Below are positions 29,324-39,583 of a stretch of 64,000 nt of DNA, in pieces. The number at the start of each line of letters is the position of its first letter. The first letter of the stretch is position 1. This DNA comes from an uncultured Actinomycetes bacterium (GTDB lineage Bacteria > Actinomycetota > Thermoleophilia > Gaiellales > Gaiellaceae), in the NCBI GenBank assembly GCA_963791205.1, contig CAWBRK010000016.1:1962-65961 (forward strand). Direction: 5' to 3'. The notes below the pieces were generated by a model. It worked only from the letters and a program-made list of their open reading frames with translations, did no database searches and was not told the DNA's origin. The position numbers and the translations under genes were made by a program.

Positions 29324-29695
29324 TCACACGGTAGCACGCGTCGGGCCAGGCCGCTTTACTCCAGCGAGCTTCCCGGCTCGCTCGAGCGGAAGCCGGAGTT
29401 CTCGCCACTCGTTCTTGCCGCCTGGATAGTGGCGCACGTTCGTGAAGCCGAGCGCGAGCAGCCGGTTCGCGGTGTCGATCGAGCTCTCGCACTCGGGGTT
29501 CGCGCAGTAGACGACGATCTCGGCGTCCTGGTCGGGGATCCGCTTCGGGTCGACCCGCTCGGGCGGCATGTTGATCGCGCCGGGCAGGTGAGAGTGGGCG
29601 AACGACATCGGCGGGAGCGCGTCGACGATCACGAGCCGCTCGTCGCCCTCGAGCTTGCGCTGGAGCTCGTCGCAGGTGATCGTCGGAAGCGCCAC
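29324..29695 (-). CDS. Rhodanese-like domain protein (sulfurtransferase)
   Basis: [37 protein letters not shown] (active-site Cys loop)..HYPGGKNEW. Confidence 0.75.
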   Translation of the reverse strand: MALPTITCDELQRKLEGDERLVIVDALPPMSFAHSHLPGAINMPPERVDPKRIPDQDAEIVVYCANPECESSIDTANRLLALGFTNVRHYPGGKNEWRELRLPLERAGKLAGVKRPGPTRATV

Positions 29696-29719
29696 GCCGG
29701 AACCCTAGACTCGGCGCGG

Positions 29720-30326
29720 ATGGACGTGCTGGCGTTTCTCGCTCGTCGCCGCGGTCGTGATCGTCACGCCGGGGCAGGACACCGCGCTGACGATCAGGAA
29801 CACGCTCGCGGGTGCGCGGCGCGCCGGCGTCGCGACCGCCGCGGGCGTGTCGGCGGGGCAGGCGGTCTGGACGCTCGCGACGAGCGTCGGCCTCGCGGCC
29901 GTCGTCGCAGCCTCGGAGCCGGTGTTCCAGGCGATCAAGCTCGCGGGCGCGGCCTACCTCGTCGTGCTGGGGCTCCAGTCGCTTCGCGACGCGCTGCGCA
30001 AGCGCGCCGGAGCTGAGCGAACGGTCGCGAGCGCCGCAACGCCGCGCGCGTTCCGCCAGGGCCTGCTCAGCAACCTCGGCAACCCGAAGATGGCGGTCTT
30101 CTTCACGAGCCTGTTGCCGCAGTTCGGGGGCGAGTCGTTCGGCGCGCTGCTCGGGCTCGGGCTCGTGTTCTGCGCGATGACGTTCGTCTGGCTCTCGGCG
30201 TACGCGGCAGCCGTGGCCAGGGCGGGAGACGTCCTGCGCCGTCCGGCGATCAGACGCGTGCTCGACGCGGTCGTCGGCGTCGTTCTGGTCTCGCTGGGCC
30301 TACGCCTGGCGACCGAGCGGCGCTAG
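29720..30326 (+). pseudogene. LysE/RhtB family amino-acid exporter, frame change near 29742
   Basis: MDVLAFL, then [43 protein letters not shown]. Confidence 0.7.
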
Positions 30327-30355
30327 CCTCCCCGTATCCGGTTAGATGCGCGGGC

Positions 30356-30711
30356 GTGAGCGAGCTCGAGGAGCGGTTCAAGCGCCAGGCGCGAAACGAG
30401 GCGCTCTTCCGCGAGGTGAACGAGCGGATCGCGCAGCTCGGGGAGGCTGCGCAGGCGTGGTCGCCGGACGGAGGCGTGGAGTTCATGTGCGAGTGCGGGG
30501 TCGAGGGAGGCTGCGGCGAGCGAGTCCGGGTGCCGCTCGACGTCTACGAGAGCCGTCCGGAAGCAGGACGACCGCTTCGTCGTCCGCCCGGGTCACGAGA
30601 CGATCGAGCTCGAGCGCGCCGTCGAGTGGACCGACGAGTACGTGATCGTCGACAAGGTCGAGGCCGCGGAGCCGCTGGTCGCGGACGACCCGCGCGGCGC
30701 GCCCTCGTCCT
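30356..30711 (+). pseudogene. Small conserved-looking hypothetical protein with a Cys cluster, frame change near 30557
   Basis: [54 protein letters not shown], then [35 protein letters not shown]. In the ORF track it is fused to the LuxR gene. Confidence 0.45.
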
Positions 30712-30739
30712 AGAGGCTCAGACGCGCGACAATCCCCTC

Positions 30740-32380
30740 GTGGTCGATGGGGCCCGTGAGCTCGAGTCCGGTCGTGAGGCGTACGCGGCACGGGCGTGGC
30801 TGGATGCCTACACGGCTCTGTCGAACGCCGATCGAGCGAGGCCGTTGGAGGCGGACGACGTGGTGCTGCTCGCGATCTCGGCCTCCATGGTCGGCCGCAT
30901 GGATGAGCTGCTCACCTTCCTCGAGCGGGCTCACGACTTGTTCATCGATGCGGGCGAGTCGCTTGGCGCCGCGCGCTGCGCGTTCTGGCTCGGGATGAAC
31001 CTGGCGCTCCGGGGTGAGGTCGGCTCAGCCGGGGGATGGTTCGGCCGTGCCGAGCGACTGGTCGAGCGCGAGGGGAAAGAGTGCGTCGAGCAGGGCTATC
31101 TGCTGATCCCGGCCGCGATCCAGGCCGAGATGAGCGGGAACCACGAAGGTGCGTACGACACTGCGACCGCGGCCGCTGCGATCGGCGAGCGGTTCGGTGA
31201 CGCAGATCTCTTTGCGGTTGCGGTGCACATGCAGGGCCTGGCCCGAATCAGCCAGGCGCGCATCTCCGAAGGACTTCGTCTCCTGGACGAGGCGATGGTC
31301 GCGGTCACCGCCGGCAAGGTTTCGCCGATCTTCACGGGCATCGTGTACTGCGGCGTGATCGCGGGCTGTGAAGCGGCGTACGACCCGCGCCGCGCGCACG
31401 AGTGGACCAACGCCCTGGCCCGTTGGTGTGAGGAGCAGCCGCAAATGGTCGCGTTCAGCGGCCGCTGTCTCGCACATCGCGCGGGGATCATGCAGCTCCA
31501 CGGTGAGTGGCGCGACGCGCTCTCGGAGGCGCAGCTCGCGCGGGAGCGCTGCGAGCAGGCGATGAACCGCGCGGCAACAGGGCAGGCGCTCTACCAGCAA
31601 GGGGAGCTCCATCGGCTGCAAGGTGACTTCGAAGCGTCCGAGGCTGCGTACCGCGACGCGAGCAAGTACGGGCGCGAACCGCAGCCCGGCCTTGCGCTGC
31701 TGCGGCTTCGACAAGGCGATCACGAGGCGGCCGCTGCGGCGATTCGACGCCTCGTCGGTGAGACGAGCGAGCCCATGCCCCGCGCGGGGATCCTTCCGGC
31801 CTACGTGGAGATCGTGCTCGAGGTCGGAGATGTCGTGGAGGCGCGCAGCGCTGCCAGCGAGCTCGCGGGGATCGCGGCGGCGAGCGAGAGCGCGATGCTG
31901 CGCGCGATCGCTTCACAGGTCGAGGGGGCGGTAAGCCTCGCGGAGGGTGATGTTCAGGGCGCGCTCGCCTCGCTGCGCCGAGCGTGGCACGTCTGGGAGG
32001 AGCTCGATGCGCCGTATGAGGCTGCGCGTGTGCGGGTGCTCGTCGGACTTGCCTGCCGAGCGCTCGGCGACGAAGACAGTGCCGTGCTGGAACTGGACGC
32101 TGCGCGCAGCGTGTTCGAGGAGTTGGGTGCGATGCCGGACCTGACCCGGGTGAGCTCGCTGACGCCGAGCGCAGTGCGGGGTGACACGCACGGGTTGAGC
32201 GAGCGGGAGCTCGAAGTGCTTCGCTTGGTCGCGGCTGGAAAGACGAACCGCGAGATCGCCTCGGCGCTCGTCGTCAGTCAGCACACCGTCGCGCGTCATG
32301 TGCAGAACATCTTCGGCAAGCTCGGCGTGTCGTCGCGAACTGCGGCGACCGCGTTCGCGTTCGAGCACGAGCTCGTGTGA
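30740..32380 (+). CDS. Large LuxR-family transcriptional regulator (helical/TPR-like sensor region plus C-terminal HTH)
   Basis: Intact from GTG 30740. C-terminus: [51 protein letters not shown]. The long alpha-helical repeat body lacks a Walker motif. Confidence 0.75.
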   Translation: MVDGARELESGREAYAARAWLDAYTALSNADRARPLEADDVVLLAISASMVGRMDELLTFLERAHDLFIDAGESLGAARCAFWLGMNLALRGEVGSAGGWFGRAERLVEREGKECVEQGYLLIPAAIQAEMSGNHEGAYDTATAAAAIGERFGDADLFAVAVHMQGLARISQARISEGLRLLDEAMVAVTAGKVSPIFTGIVYCGVIAGCEAAYDPRRAHEWTNALARWCEEQPQMVAFSGRCLAHRAGIMQLHGEWRDALSEAQLARERCEQAMNRAATGQALYQQGELHRLQGDFEASEAAYRDASKYGREPQPGLALLRLRQGDHEAAAAAIRRLVGETSEPMPRAGILPAYVEIVLEVGDVVEARSAASELAGIAAASESAMLRAIASQVEGAVSLAEGDVQGALASLRRAWHVWEELDAPYEAARVRVLVGLACRALGDEDSAVLELDAARSVFEELGAMPDLTRVSSLTPSAVRGDTHGLSERELEVLRLVAAGKTNREIASALVVSQHTVARHVQNIFGKLGVSSRTAATAFAFEHELV

Positions 32381-32386
32381 CGCATC

Positions 32387-32475
32387 GCGTGGTCAGAAAT
32401 GACCACGCGCTTTCGGCTTCAGCGTGGTCGATCCACGCGATGCGGGGCCGGCAGGCCCGTCCTAGGGTGGACCAC
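32387..32475 (+). promoter_or_regulatory. Intergenic cassette copy A: 22-bp palindrome, conserved 20-mer, -10 TAGGGT, leaderless GTG
   Basis: GCGTGGTCA-GAAA-TGACCACGC (32387-32408); TGGTCGATCCACGCGATGCG (32425-32444); TAGGGT (32463-32468), 7 nt before GTG 32476. Confidence 0.5.
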
Positions 32476-32750
32476 GTGGCGATCGCGATGATGGTCGACA
32501 ACCCGGAGGGGTCGCAGGAAGCCTACGAGCAGATTCGCGCGCAACTGGGCGTCGAGAAACCCGCGGGCGGGGTCTTCCACTTTGCCGGGCCGAGCCCGAA
32601 CGGCGGCTGGCGCGTGATCGAGGTGTGGATCTCCGAAGAGGACGCGAACCGCTTCTACGAGGAGCGGTTCATGCCGGCTCTTCGGGCTCTCGGGCTCATC
32701 GGCCGCCCCCGGCGCGGGAGCTGTGGCCCGTGCACAACGCCATGTTCTGA
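32476..32750 (+). pseudogene. Small alpha+beta (ABM/EthD-like) hypothetical protein, frame change near 32703
   Basis: VAIAMMVDNPEGSQEAYEQIRAQLGVEKPAGGVFHFAGPSPNGGWRVIEVWISEEDANRFYEERFMPALRALGLIG, then PPPARELWPVHNAMF* after a C-run. Confidence 0.45.
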
Positions 32751-32756
32751 GTTCTC

Positions 32757-32845
32757 GCGTGGTCAGAAATGACCACTCGCGCCCCGCGGCGAATTGGTGG
32801 ATCCGTGCGATGCCGACTCCGTTTCGGACTCCTAGCGTGCTCGGT
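32757..32845 (+). promoter_or_regulatory. Intergenic cassette copy B (370 nt downstream of copy A, identical internal spacing)
   Basis: GCGTGGTCA-GAAA-TGACCACTC (32757-32778); TGGTGGATCCGTGCGATGCC (32795-32814); TAGCGT (32833-32838), 7 nt before ATG 32846. Confidence 0.5.
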
Positions 32846-34001
32846 ATGGATCCGACGCACCAAGGAGGGAACGCGATGCGCAACGAGGACCAGCCGGAGC
32901 GGTTTGAGACCGTGATCGTCGGCGGCGGGCAGGCCGGTCTGACGGCCGGTTATCACCTGGCGAAGCGTGGACGGCAGTTCGTGATCCTGGACGGGAACGA
33001 GCGGGTCGGCGATGCCTGGCGCAAGCGCTGGGACTCGCTTCGTCTCTTCAGTCCCGCTCACTTCAGCAGGCTGCCGGGCAAGCGACTCCCCATGACTAAC
33101 TGGTCGTTCGCCACGAAGGACGAGATGGCCGACTACCTCGAGGACTATGCCGAGCAGTTCGAGCTCCCGGTGCGAACGGGCGTCCGCGTCGACGGGCTCG
33201 ACCAAGACCGACGGCGGGTTCGAGGTCTCCGCAGGCGACTTCGCTTCCAGGCCGAGAACGTGGTTGTCGCAACCGGGGCGCACCAGATCCCGAAGGTGCC
33301 GGTCTTCGCGTCGGAGCTCGATCCCAGGATCGTGCAGATGCACTCCAGCGACTACGTGCTCTCCGTCGCAGCTGCAGGAGGGCGACGTTCTCGTGGTCGG
33401 CGCAGGCAACTCCGGAGCCGAGATCGGGTTGGAGCTTTCGCGCACACATCGTGTCTTGCTGTCCGGTCCGAGCACAGGTCAGATCCCCGTTCGCCACGGC
33501 ACCCTGCCGGCACGGCTCGGGTTTCGTGTCTTCCGCTTCTTCGGCCATCGCGTGCTCAGGGTCGATACGCCGATCGGGCGGAAGCTGGGCCCGAAGCTGA
33601 TCGCGAGCGGCGACCCGTTGATTCGGACGAAGCTGAAAGACCTTCTTGCGGCCGGCGTCGAACGTGTTCCACGGGTTGTGGGCATGCGGGACGGCCTGCC
33701 GGTGCTCGAGGACGATCGCGTGGCCGAGGTGGCCAACGTCGTTTGGTGCACGGGCTTCCGCACGGACTTCGGCTGGATCGACCTTCCGGTGTTCGGCGAC
33801 GACGGGCAGCCGAAGCACTACCGCGGAGTCGTCGAATCCGAGCCGGGGCTGTACTTCCTCGGGTTGGTCTTCCAGTACTCACTCTCGTCCGACGTGCTGC
33901 CGGGCCGCGGCAGGGACGCCGAGTACATCGCGAAGCACATCGCTTCGCGGTCGGCGCGCACGAGCGTGGCGAGCGGTCGGCCCGTGCTGGCCGGAGCATG
34001 A
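32846..34001 (+). pseudogene. Flavin-containing monooxygenase / NAD(P)-binding oxidoreductase, at least 3 frame changes
   Basis: FAD motif VIVGGGQAGLTAGYHL; second dinucleotide motif VLVVGAGNSGAEIG; VVWCTGFRTDFGWI; pieces lie in ORFs 32723-34129 and 33147-34001. Confidence 0.7.
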
Positions 34002-34022
34002 CCGCCGAACGAATGAGCGGGC

Positions 34023-35213
34023 CTAGCGCACGAGCGAGCGCGAGCAGCTCGATCCCCTCGTCGATCTGCTGCTCGTCGACCATGCTGAACGACAGGCGCA
34101 CCTTGTCCGCGCCGCTTCCGTCTGCGTAGAAGAGCCCGCCCGGGACGATTCCGACGCCCTTCTCGACCGCACGCTGCGCGAGGTCGGCCGAGTCGACGCC
34201 GTCGGGAAGCGTGAGCCACGAGAAGAACCCGCCGTGCGGGGTCGTCCACGAAGTGCCGGAAGGCATCCACCGATCGAGCGCGTCGAGCATGCGCTCGGAC
34301 TTGCGCCGGTAGAGCGCGCGCGACTGCGCGAGCTGCTCCTCGATCCAGCCGCGGCGCACGTACTCCTCGAAGAGCCGCTGCCCGAGCGCGCCGGCGCACT
34401 GGTCGGTGTTCTGCTTCGCGTTGACGAGCTGCGCGGAGATCTCCGCCGGACCGACGGCCCACCCGAGCCGCACGCCGGGGAAGAACGTCTTCGACGTCGT
34501 CCCGAGCTGGACGACGACGTCGGGCGCGAGGCTCCAGAGGCTCGGCAGTGAGTCGCCCTCGAACGCGAGCTCGCGGTACGCGACGTCCTCGACGATCAGG
34601 AACCCGTGCCGCCGCGCGAGCTCGACGAGCAGCTCGCGGCGTTCCGTCGACATGCTCACGCCCGCCGGGTTCTGGTGGTCGGGGATCGTGTAGAGCAGCT
34701 TCGGCCGCACCCCCTCGGCGAGCCGCCGCTCGAGCTCGTCGACCTGCGAGCCCGTGCTCGTCCATCGGGACGGCGACGAGCTCCGCGTCGTACCCGCGAA
34801 AGGCCATGATCGCGCCGAGGTACGTCGGCCCTTCGATGACGGCGACGTCGCCCGGGTCGAGGACGGTCTTCGAGACGAGCTCGAGGCCCTCGATCGCGCC
34901 GCTCGCGATCAGGAGCTCGTCGTCGGCCGGCCTGCGTCCCTGCGTGGCCTCGAGCCGCGACGGCGATCGCGTCGAGCGACCCGCGCAGACCGCGCGTGGG
35001 CGCGTACTGGAACGCGCTCGTCTCGCCGCTCGCCGCGAACTCGGCGAGCAGCGTCGCCGCGCGCTCGCGCGGGAAGGTCGCGGGATCGGGAAAGCCGCCG
35101 GCGAACGAGATCAGGCCGGGGACGCCGAGCAGCGAGAGGATCGCTGCGATGCCTTCGCCGACGTCGCCTCCGGCTCGCCGGGCGAAGCGCTGTGCGTCCG
35201 GCGTGACCGCCAT
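34023..35213 (-). pseudogene. PLP-dependent aminotransferase, class I/II fold (2-aminoadipate/aromatic type), at least 3 frame changes
   Basis: ISFAGGFPDP..FQYAPTRG; LYTIPDHQNPAGVSMS; GTTSKTFFPGVRLGW (PLP lysine); LSFSMVDEQQIDEGIELL. The 3' end is not resolved to the nucleotide. Confidence 0.7.
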
Positions 35214-35362
35214 GGGGCGAATCTAGCTCAATCGATGCGAAACTCGCATGTGGACGTCCCGCGCGCTCGTGGGAACACGCGGGCGTCGGCTTTCTCTTGC
35301 AGGGCGCGGGCTCCAAGGCCGACGCGGTGCGGCTCGCGTCGTCCGTCAACTGACGGCGCGCG

Positions 35363-37051
35363 TCAGCCGCCGGGAAGCACCGGCGAAACCGTGCGCCGCG
35401 CGTGCCGTTCTGGTCGAGGACGAGCTCGCCGCCGTGCGCGTGCGCGTACGAGCGCGCGATGGCAAGACCCAGACCGCTCCCGGGCATCCCCGCTGAGCGG
35501 GCACTGCGCGAGAACTCCTCGAAGACCCGCGCCCGGATGTCTTCGGGGACGCCCTCGCCTGCGTCTTCGACCACGAGCTGAAGCTCTCCGTCGGCTTCGC
35601 CGACGCGTGGCGGTCAGGTGAACGGGTGCCGATCCGTGTCGAAGCGCGTTGGTGACGAGGTTCGACAGGATCCGCCCGAAGACGGTCGGGTCGGCATCCA
35701 CCTCCAGTCCGGGGTCGACCGTCACGGCGATCTGCGCGCGTTGGTCAGGGGCGAGCTCGGAGAGCGTCTGCTCCACGAGCTCCTGGAGGCGCCACCGTTC
35801 ACGTCGTACGGGCACGGCCCGTGTGCTGAGCCGTGAGAGGTCCAGGAGCTGGTCGATCAGCGTGGCCAGTCGCTGCGCTTGCTCGGAAAGCGTCGTTCTG
35901 AGCGCGGACTCGTCCTCCGCGCTGAGACTGTCTTTCCGCGCGTCGAGCGTGAGGGCGCTGCCGAGGATGGCCGCGGCGGGAGTTCGGAGCTCGTGCGAGG
36001 CAACCGCGACGAACCGATTACGCACACGGTCGAGCTCCATCAGACGGTCGTGCAGCTGTGCACGCTCGATCCCGAGCGCTGCACGTTCCGCGGCCGTCTC
36101 GAGGAGCTCCGCCTCGTCGCGAGTGAAGTGTCGCGGCGCGAGCGACCCCACGTGGATCACGCCGAAGACGCGCCCGCGAGCGAGGAGCGGTGCGCCGAGT
36201 AGCGACTTGATCCCCTTCTCGCGGAGGATGGGGTTGAGCACGTTCGAATGGTCGACGTCCTCGATCGCGATGACCTTTCGCTCGGCCGCGAGACGCCCCG
36301 CGAAGCCCTGGCCGACCGGGATGCGAACACCGGCTTCGACCTCCTCCTCGAGACCCGCCGCGGCACGTGCGACGAGCTCGTCTCGGACTTCGTCGAGCAG
36401 GAGGATCGCGCACGTGTCGGCTTCGAGAATCGCGCGCACGCGGACCACGAGCTCGTCGAGCAGCTCGGCTGACGAGAGGTGCGTGAGCGCGACGTCGGTG
36501 ACCTCCTGGACCCGGCGGAGTCGATCCGCCAGCGCTCGCTCGCTCTCGTAGAGTCGGCCGTGCTCGATCGCGAGCGCTGCGCGGTCGGCCACGAGCTGGA
36601 GCAGCTCGGCCTCCTGCTCGGTGAATCGACGCGGCGTCAGGGTCCCGACGTGGACGACGCCGATGACGCGGCCGCCGACGAGCAGCGGCGCGCCCAGGAG
36701 CGACTTGATCCCCTTCTCCCGCAGGATCGGGTTGAGCACGTCGGCGTGATCGACGTCCTCGATGACGATCGTTCGCCGCTCGGCGGCGACCTTCCCCGCG
36801 AAGCCGAGCCCCACGGGGATGCGCGTCCCGCGCTCGACGGTCTCCTCGAGCCCGCGCGCAGCCCGCGCCACGAGCTCGTTGGTCGCCTCGTCGAGCAGCA
36901 GGAACGCTGCAGTGTCGCTCCCGAGCGCGTCGCGGATGCGGATGAGCAGCTCGTCGAGCAGCTCGTCGAGCTCGAGGTGTGCCAGTGCGGCATCCGCGAC
37001 CGACTGGATGCGCCTGAGTTGATCCTCGTGTCCCCGCCCCGCGACGTCCAC
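35363..37051 (-). pseudogene. Soluble sensor histidine kinase with tandem GAF domains, 2 frame changes near the 3' end
   Basis: Two ~170-aa near-repeats (..NPILREKGIKSLLGAPLL..HVG(T/S)L(T/A)PR(R/H)FT..). H-box ASHELRTPAAA. N/G boxes LVTNALRHG and GSGLGLAIARS in shifted frames. No TM segment. Confidence 0.8.
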
Positions 37052-37118
37052 TTCGTTGGGCCCCCCTCGGAGAATCGTAAGGGCACAGCTTATGACGGTG
37101 TAGCTCGATTGCTACTCC

Positions 37119-38510
37119 GTGAGAGGCTGGGGCCTGGTCTACGCCGGTCTACGGCATGCGAGACTCGAGCCGGTGGACGCCCCGGAGACGCTCTATGCCC
37201 GCAGCGGCGACGTCAACATCGCCTATCAAGTGGTCGGCGAGGGCGAGTTCGACCTCGTCTACGTCCCTGGCTGGGTGTCGAACGTCGAGTACATGTGGAT
37301 GTACCCGCCGTTCACCCACTTCCTGCAGCGGCTCGCATCGTTCTCGCGGCTGATCCTCTTCGACAAGCGGGGCACCGGTCTCTCCGACCAGGTGCCGCTC
37401 GACCGCCTGCCGACGCTCGAGCAACGGATGGACGACGTTCGCGCGGTGCTCGACGCGGTCGGCTCCGAGCGGGCAGCGCTCTTCGGCCACTCCGAGGGCG
37501 GTTGCATGTGCACGCTCTTCGCCGCGACGTACCCCGAGCGCGTGCGCGCGCTCGTCCTGCTCGCGGCGTACGCCAAACGGCTGCAGAGCGACGACTACCC
37601 GTGGGCGCCGACGGCCGAAGCGCGTGAGGCCGACGCGCGCGAGATCGAGGAGAACGGTTGGAGCGAGATCGACTTGGGCTTCTACGCTCCGAGCAAGCGC
37701 GAGGATTCAGGGTTCGAGCGGTGGCTGCGCGGGTGGCTCCGCAACGGCGCGAGTCCGCGTGCAGCGGCCGCCCTTCTGCGCATGAATAGCCGGATCGACG
37801 TCCGCGAGATCCTCCCGACGATCAGCGTGCCGACGCTGATCCTCCACCGCGTCGGCGACCGCGACGTCAAGATCGAGGAAGGTCGCTACATCGCGGAGCG
37901 GATCCCGGGCGCGCGGTTCATCGAGCTCCCGGGCGACGAGCACGTGATCGCGGCGGGCGAGGTCGACCGCCTCGCGGACGAGATCGAGGAGTTCCTGACC
38001 GGCGAGCGCCCGGCACCAGAGCCCGACCGCGTCCTGACGACGGTGCTGTTCACCGACATCGTCGGTTCGACCGATCGTGCGGTCGCGCTCGGCGACCACG
38101 ACTGGAGCGAGCTGCTCGAACGGCACCACGCGCTTGTTCGCGCAGAGCTCGAGCGCTACCGCGGCCGCGAGGTCGACACGGCGGGCGACGGCTTCCTCGC
38201 GACGTTCGACGGACCCGCTCGAGCAGTGCGCTGCGCATGCGCGATCCGCGACGCCGTTCGGACGATCGGGCTCGAAGTGCGCGCAGGCGTTCACACGGGC
38301 GAGGTACAGCTCCGCGGGGAGAGCGTCGCCGGCATCGCGGTGCACACAGGCGCGCGGATCGCCGCGCTCGGCGACGCGGGCGAGGTCCTCGTGTCTCGGA
38401 CGGTCACCGACCTCACCTCGGGCTCGGGGGTCGTCTTCGAGCCGCGCGGCGAGCACGAGCTGAAGGGCGTGCCGGGGCGGTGGCAGGTGTACGCCGTCGC
38501 GGCGGCGTGA
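37119..38510 (+). CDS. Alpha/beta-hydrolase domain fused to a class III adenylate/guanylate cyclase
   Basis: Intact 463-aa ORF. YARSGDVNIAYQVVGEG..GHSEGG (nucleophile elbow). Cyclase motifs VLFTDIVGST, DTAGDGFLATF, GVHTGEV, VHTGARI. Confidence 0.8.
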   Translation: MRGWGLVYAGLRHARLEPVDAPETLYARSGDVNIAYQVVGEGEFDLVYVPGWVSNVEYMWMYPPFTHFLQRLASFSRLILFDKRGTGLSDQVPLDRLPTLEQRMDDVRAVLDAVGSERAALFGHSEGGCMCTLFAATYPERVRALVLLAAYAKRLQSDDYPWAPTAEAREADAREIEENGWSEIDLGFYAPSKREDSGFERWLRGWLRNGASPRAAAALLRMNSRIDVREILPTISVPTLILHRVGDRDVKIEEGRYIAERIPGARFIELPGDEHVIAAGEVDRLADEIEEFLTGERPAPEPDRVLTTVLFTDIVGSTDRAVALGDHDWSELLERHHALVRAELERYRGREVDTAGDGFLATFDGPARAVRCACAIRDAVRTIGLEVRAGVHTGEVQLRGESVAGIAVHTGARIAALGDAGEVLVSRTVTDLTSGSGVVFEPRGEHELKGVPGRWQVYAVAAA

Positions 38511-38514
38511 CCGG

Positions 38515-39024
38515 CTAGAGCGGCTCGCCGGGGAACGTCAGCTGGAACCGCCCGACGAGCTCGGGAATGCTCTGTGGGTCGACCTCGAGTCCGTACCTTG
38601 CGGCGAGCGCAGCCAAGTCCTCCGGTGCAGCTCGAGTAGACCCTCCGAGCTCGACGAGCTCGGCGAAGTAACGCTCGAAGCCTGCCGGGGAGATGATCTC
38701 GAGCATCCGGGCGGGCGTGTCGCCTGCATTCCAGAACGTGTGCCACTGGTTGCGCGGCTTGAAGATCAGATCGCCGGGACCGCCTTCCGCCACCTCGTCG
38801 CCGAGCAGTGCCCCGACGCGTCCCTCGAGCACGTAGCTGTACTCGTCCTCGCGGCTGTGCCGGTGCAACGGCGCGCCCAGAGCGCGTGGGGACATCGGGT
38901 GCTCGACCAACGAGAAGCCGCCGCCCGAGTCGAGGCCGTCGATCATGAACCGCACGCCGATGCTTCCGAGGAAGCCGGCCTTGCCGTCGGTCGGACTCAG
39001 AATTCTCGCGGGTGCTGATGCCAC
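38515..39024 (-). CDS. Cupin domain protein
   Basis: Intact 169-aa ORF; PLHRHSREDEYSYVLEG..GDLIFKPRNQWHTFWN (cupin motifs 1 and 2). Confidence 0.7.
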   Translation of the reverse strand: MASAPARILSPTDGKAGFLGSIGVRFMIDGLDSGGGFSLVEHPMSPRALGAPLHRHSREDEYSYVLEGRVGALLGDEVAEGGPGDLIFKPRNQWHTFWNAGDTPARMLEIISPAGFERYFAELVELGGSTRAAPEDLAALAARYGLEVDPQSIPELVGRFQLTFPGEPL

Positions 39025-39076
39025 GTTGGAGGCGGAACTATTTCAGGTCCCGCCTCTCCGGACTGACGTTGCCTGC

Positions 39077-39138
39077 GGGCGATCGTGGCCGCGACGATCG
39101 CCCACAAACCCTGTCTACGGATGCGCCGCGCGCAGGCG
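39077..39138. repeat. REP-like hairpin element, copy 1
   Basis: GGGCGATCGT-ggccgcg-ACGATCGCCC (39077-39103) plus a conserved flank ..GTCTAC..TGCGCCG.GCGC. It overlaps the stop of the 39115-39462 gene. A second copy lies at 41339-41400. Confidence 0.55.
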
Positions 39139-39462
39139 GTCGACACGCGCCGCAGCGAGCGCCAAGCCGAGCGTGAGCGCTGCAGCACCGCCGAAACCGA
39201 TCGCCACGCTGCGAAGATTCGAGTCGCCCGAGGTCCGTACCTCGGACTTCGTCACCGTCGCCGCGGGGACGACCTGCATGTCGATCACGAACCTCGGCTG
39301 ACTCGACACGCTTCCCGAGTCGTCGAGGCGCCTGACGTCGAACGCCGGGTCGTAGCTGTCTGGATACGCGGTCGCGCTCGGCGCGAGTACCGCCGCGGTC
39401 GCGAGTCCGACGACGAGGACGCGGCTGAGCCGTCGCGTCCGATTTCCAGTGGTGGTTTCCAT
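39115..39462 (-). CDS. Hypothetical exported protein with C-terminal hydrophobic anchor
   Basis: N-terminal signal-like RRLSRVLVVGLATAAVLAPSATA; C-terminal IGFGGAAALTLGLALAAARV followed by a basic tail. No LPXTG motif seen. Confidence 0.45.
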   Translation of the reverse strand: METTTGNRTRRLSRVLVVGLATAAVLAPSATAYPDSYDPAFDVRRLDDSGSVSSQPRFVIDMQVVPAATVTKSEVRTSGDSNLRSVAIGFGGAAALTLGLALAAARVDRLRAAHP

Positions 39463-39583
39463 TCTCTTCTCCCTGTACTAGCTGCCGGTCACAGGGATCG
39501 TGTGGCCGTCGCCTTACGCTGCAGTGTGCACGCGGCTAAAGAAGCGCTTAAACGCACGGTTGCTTCCCAGCTACGCTCCGAGC

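Noticed and set aside
36020-37020. A ~500-nt internal direct repeat, considered as a possible mobile or duplicated element
   Set aside because: It corresponds exactly to the two tandem GAF domains of one histidine-kinase gene. It is an intragenic domain duplication, not a dispersed repeat.
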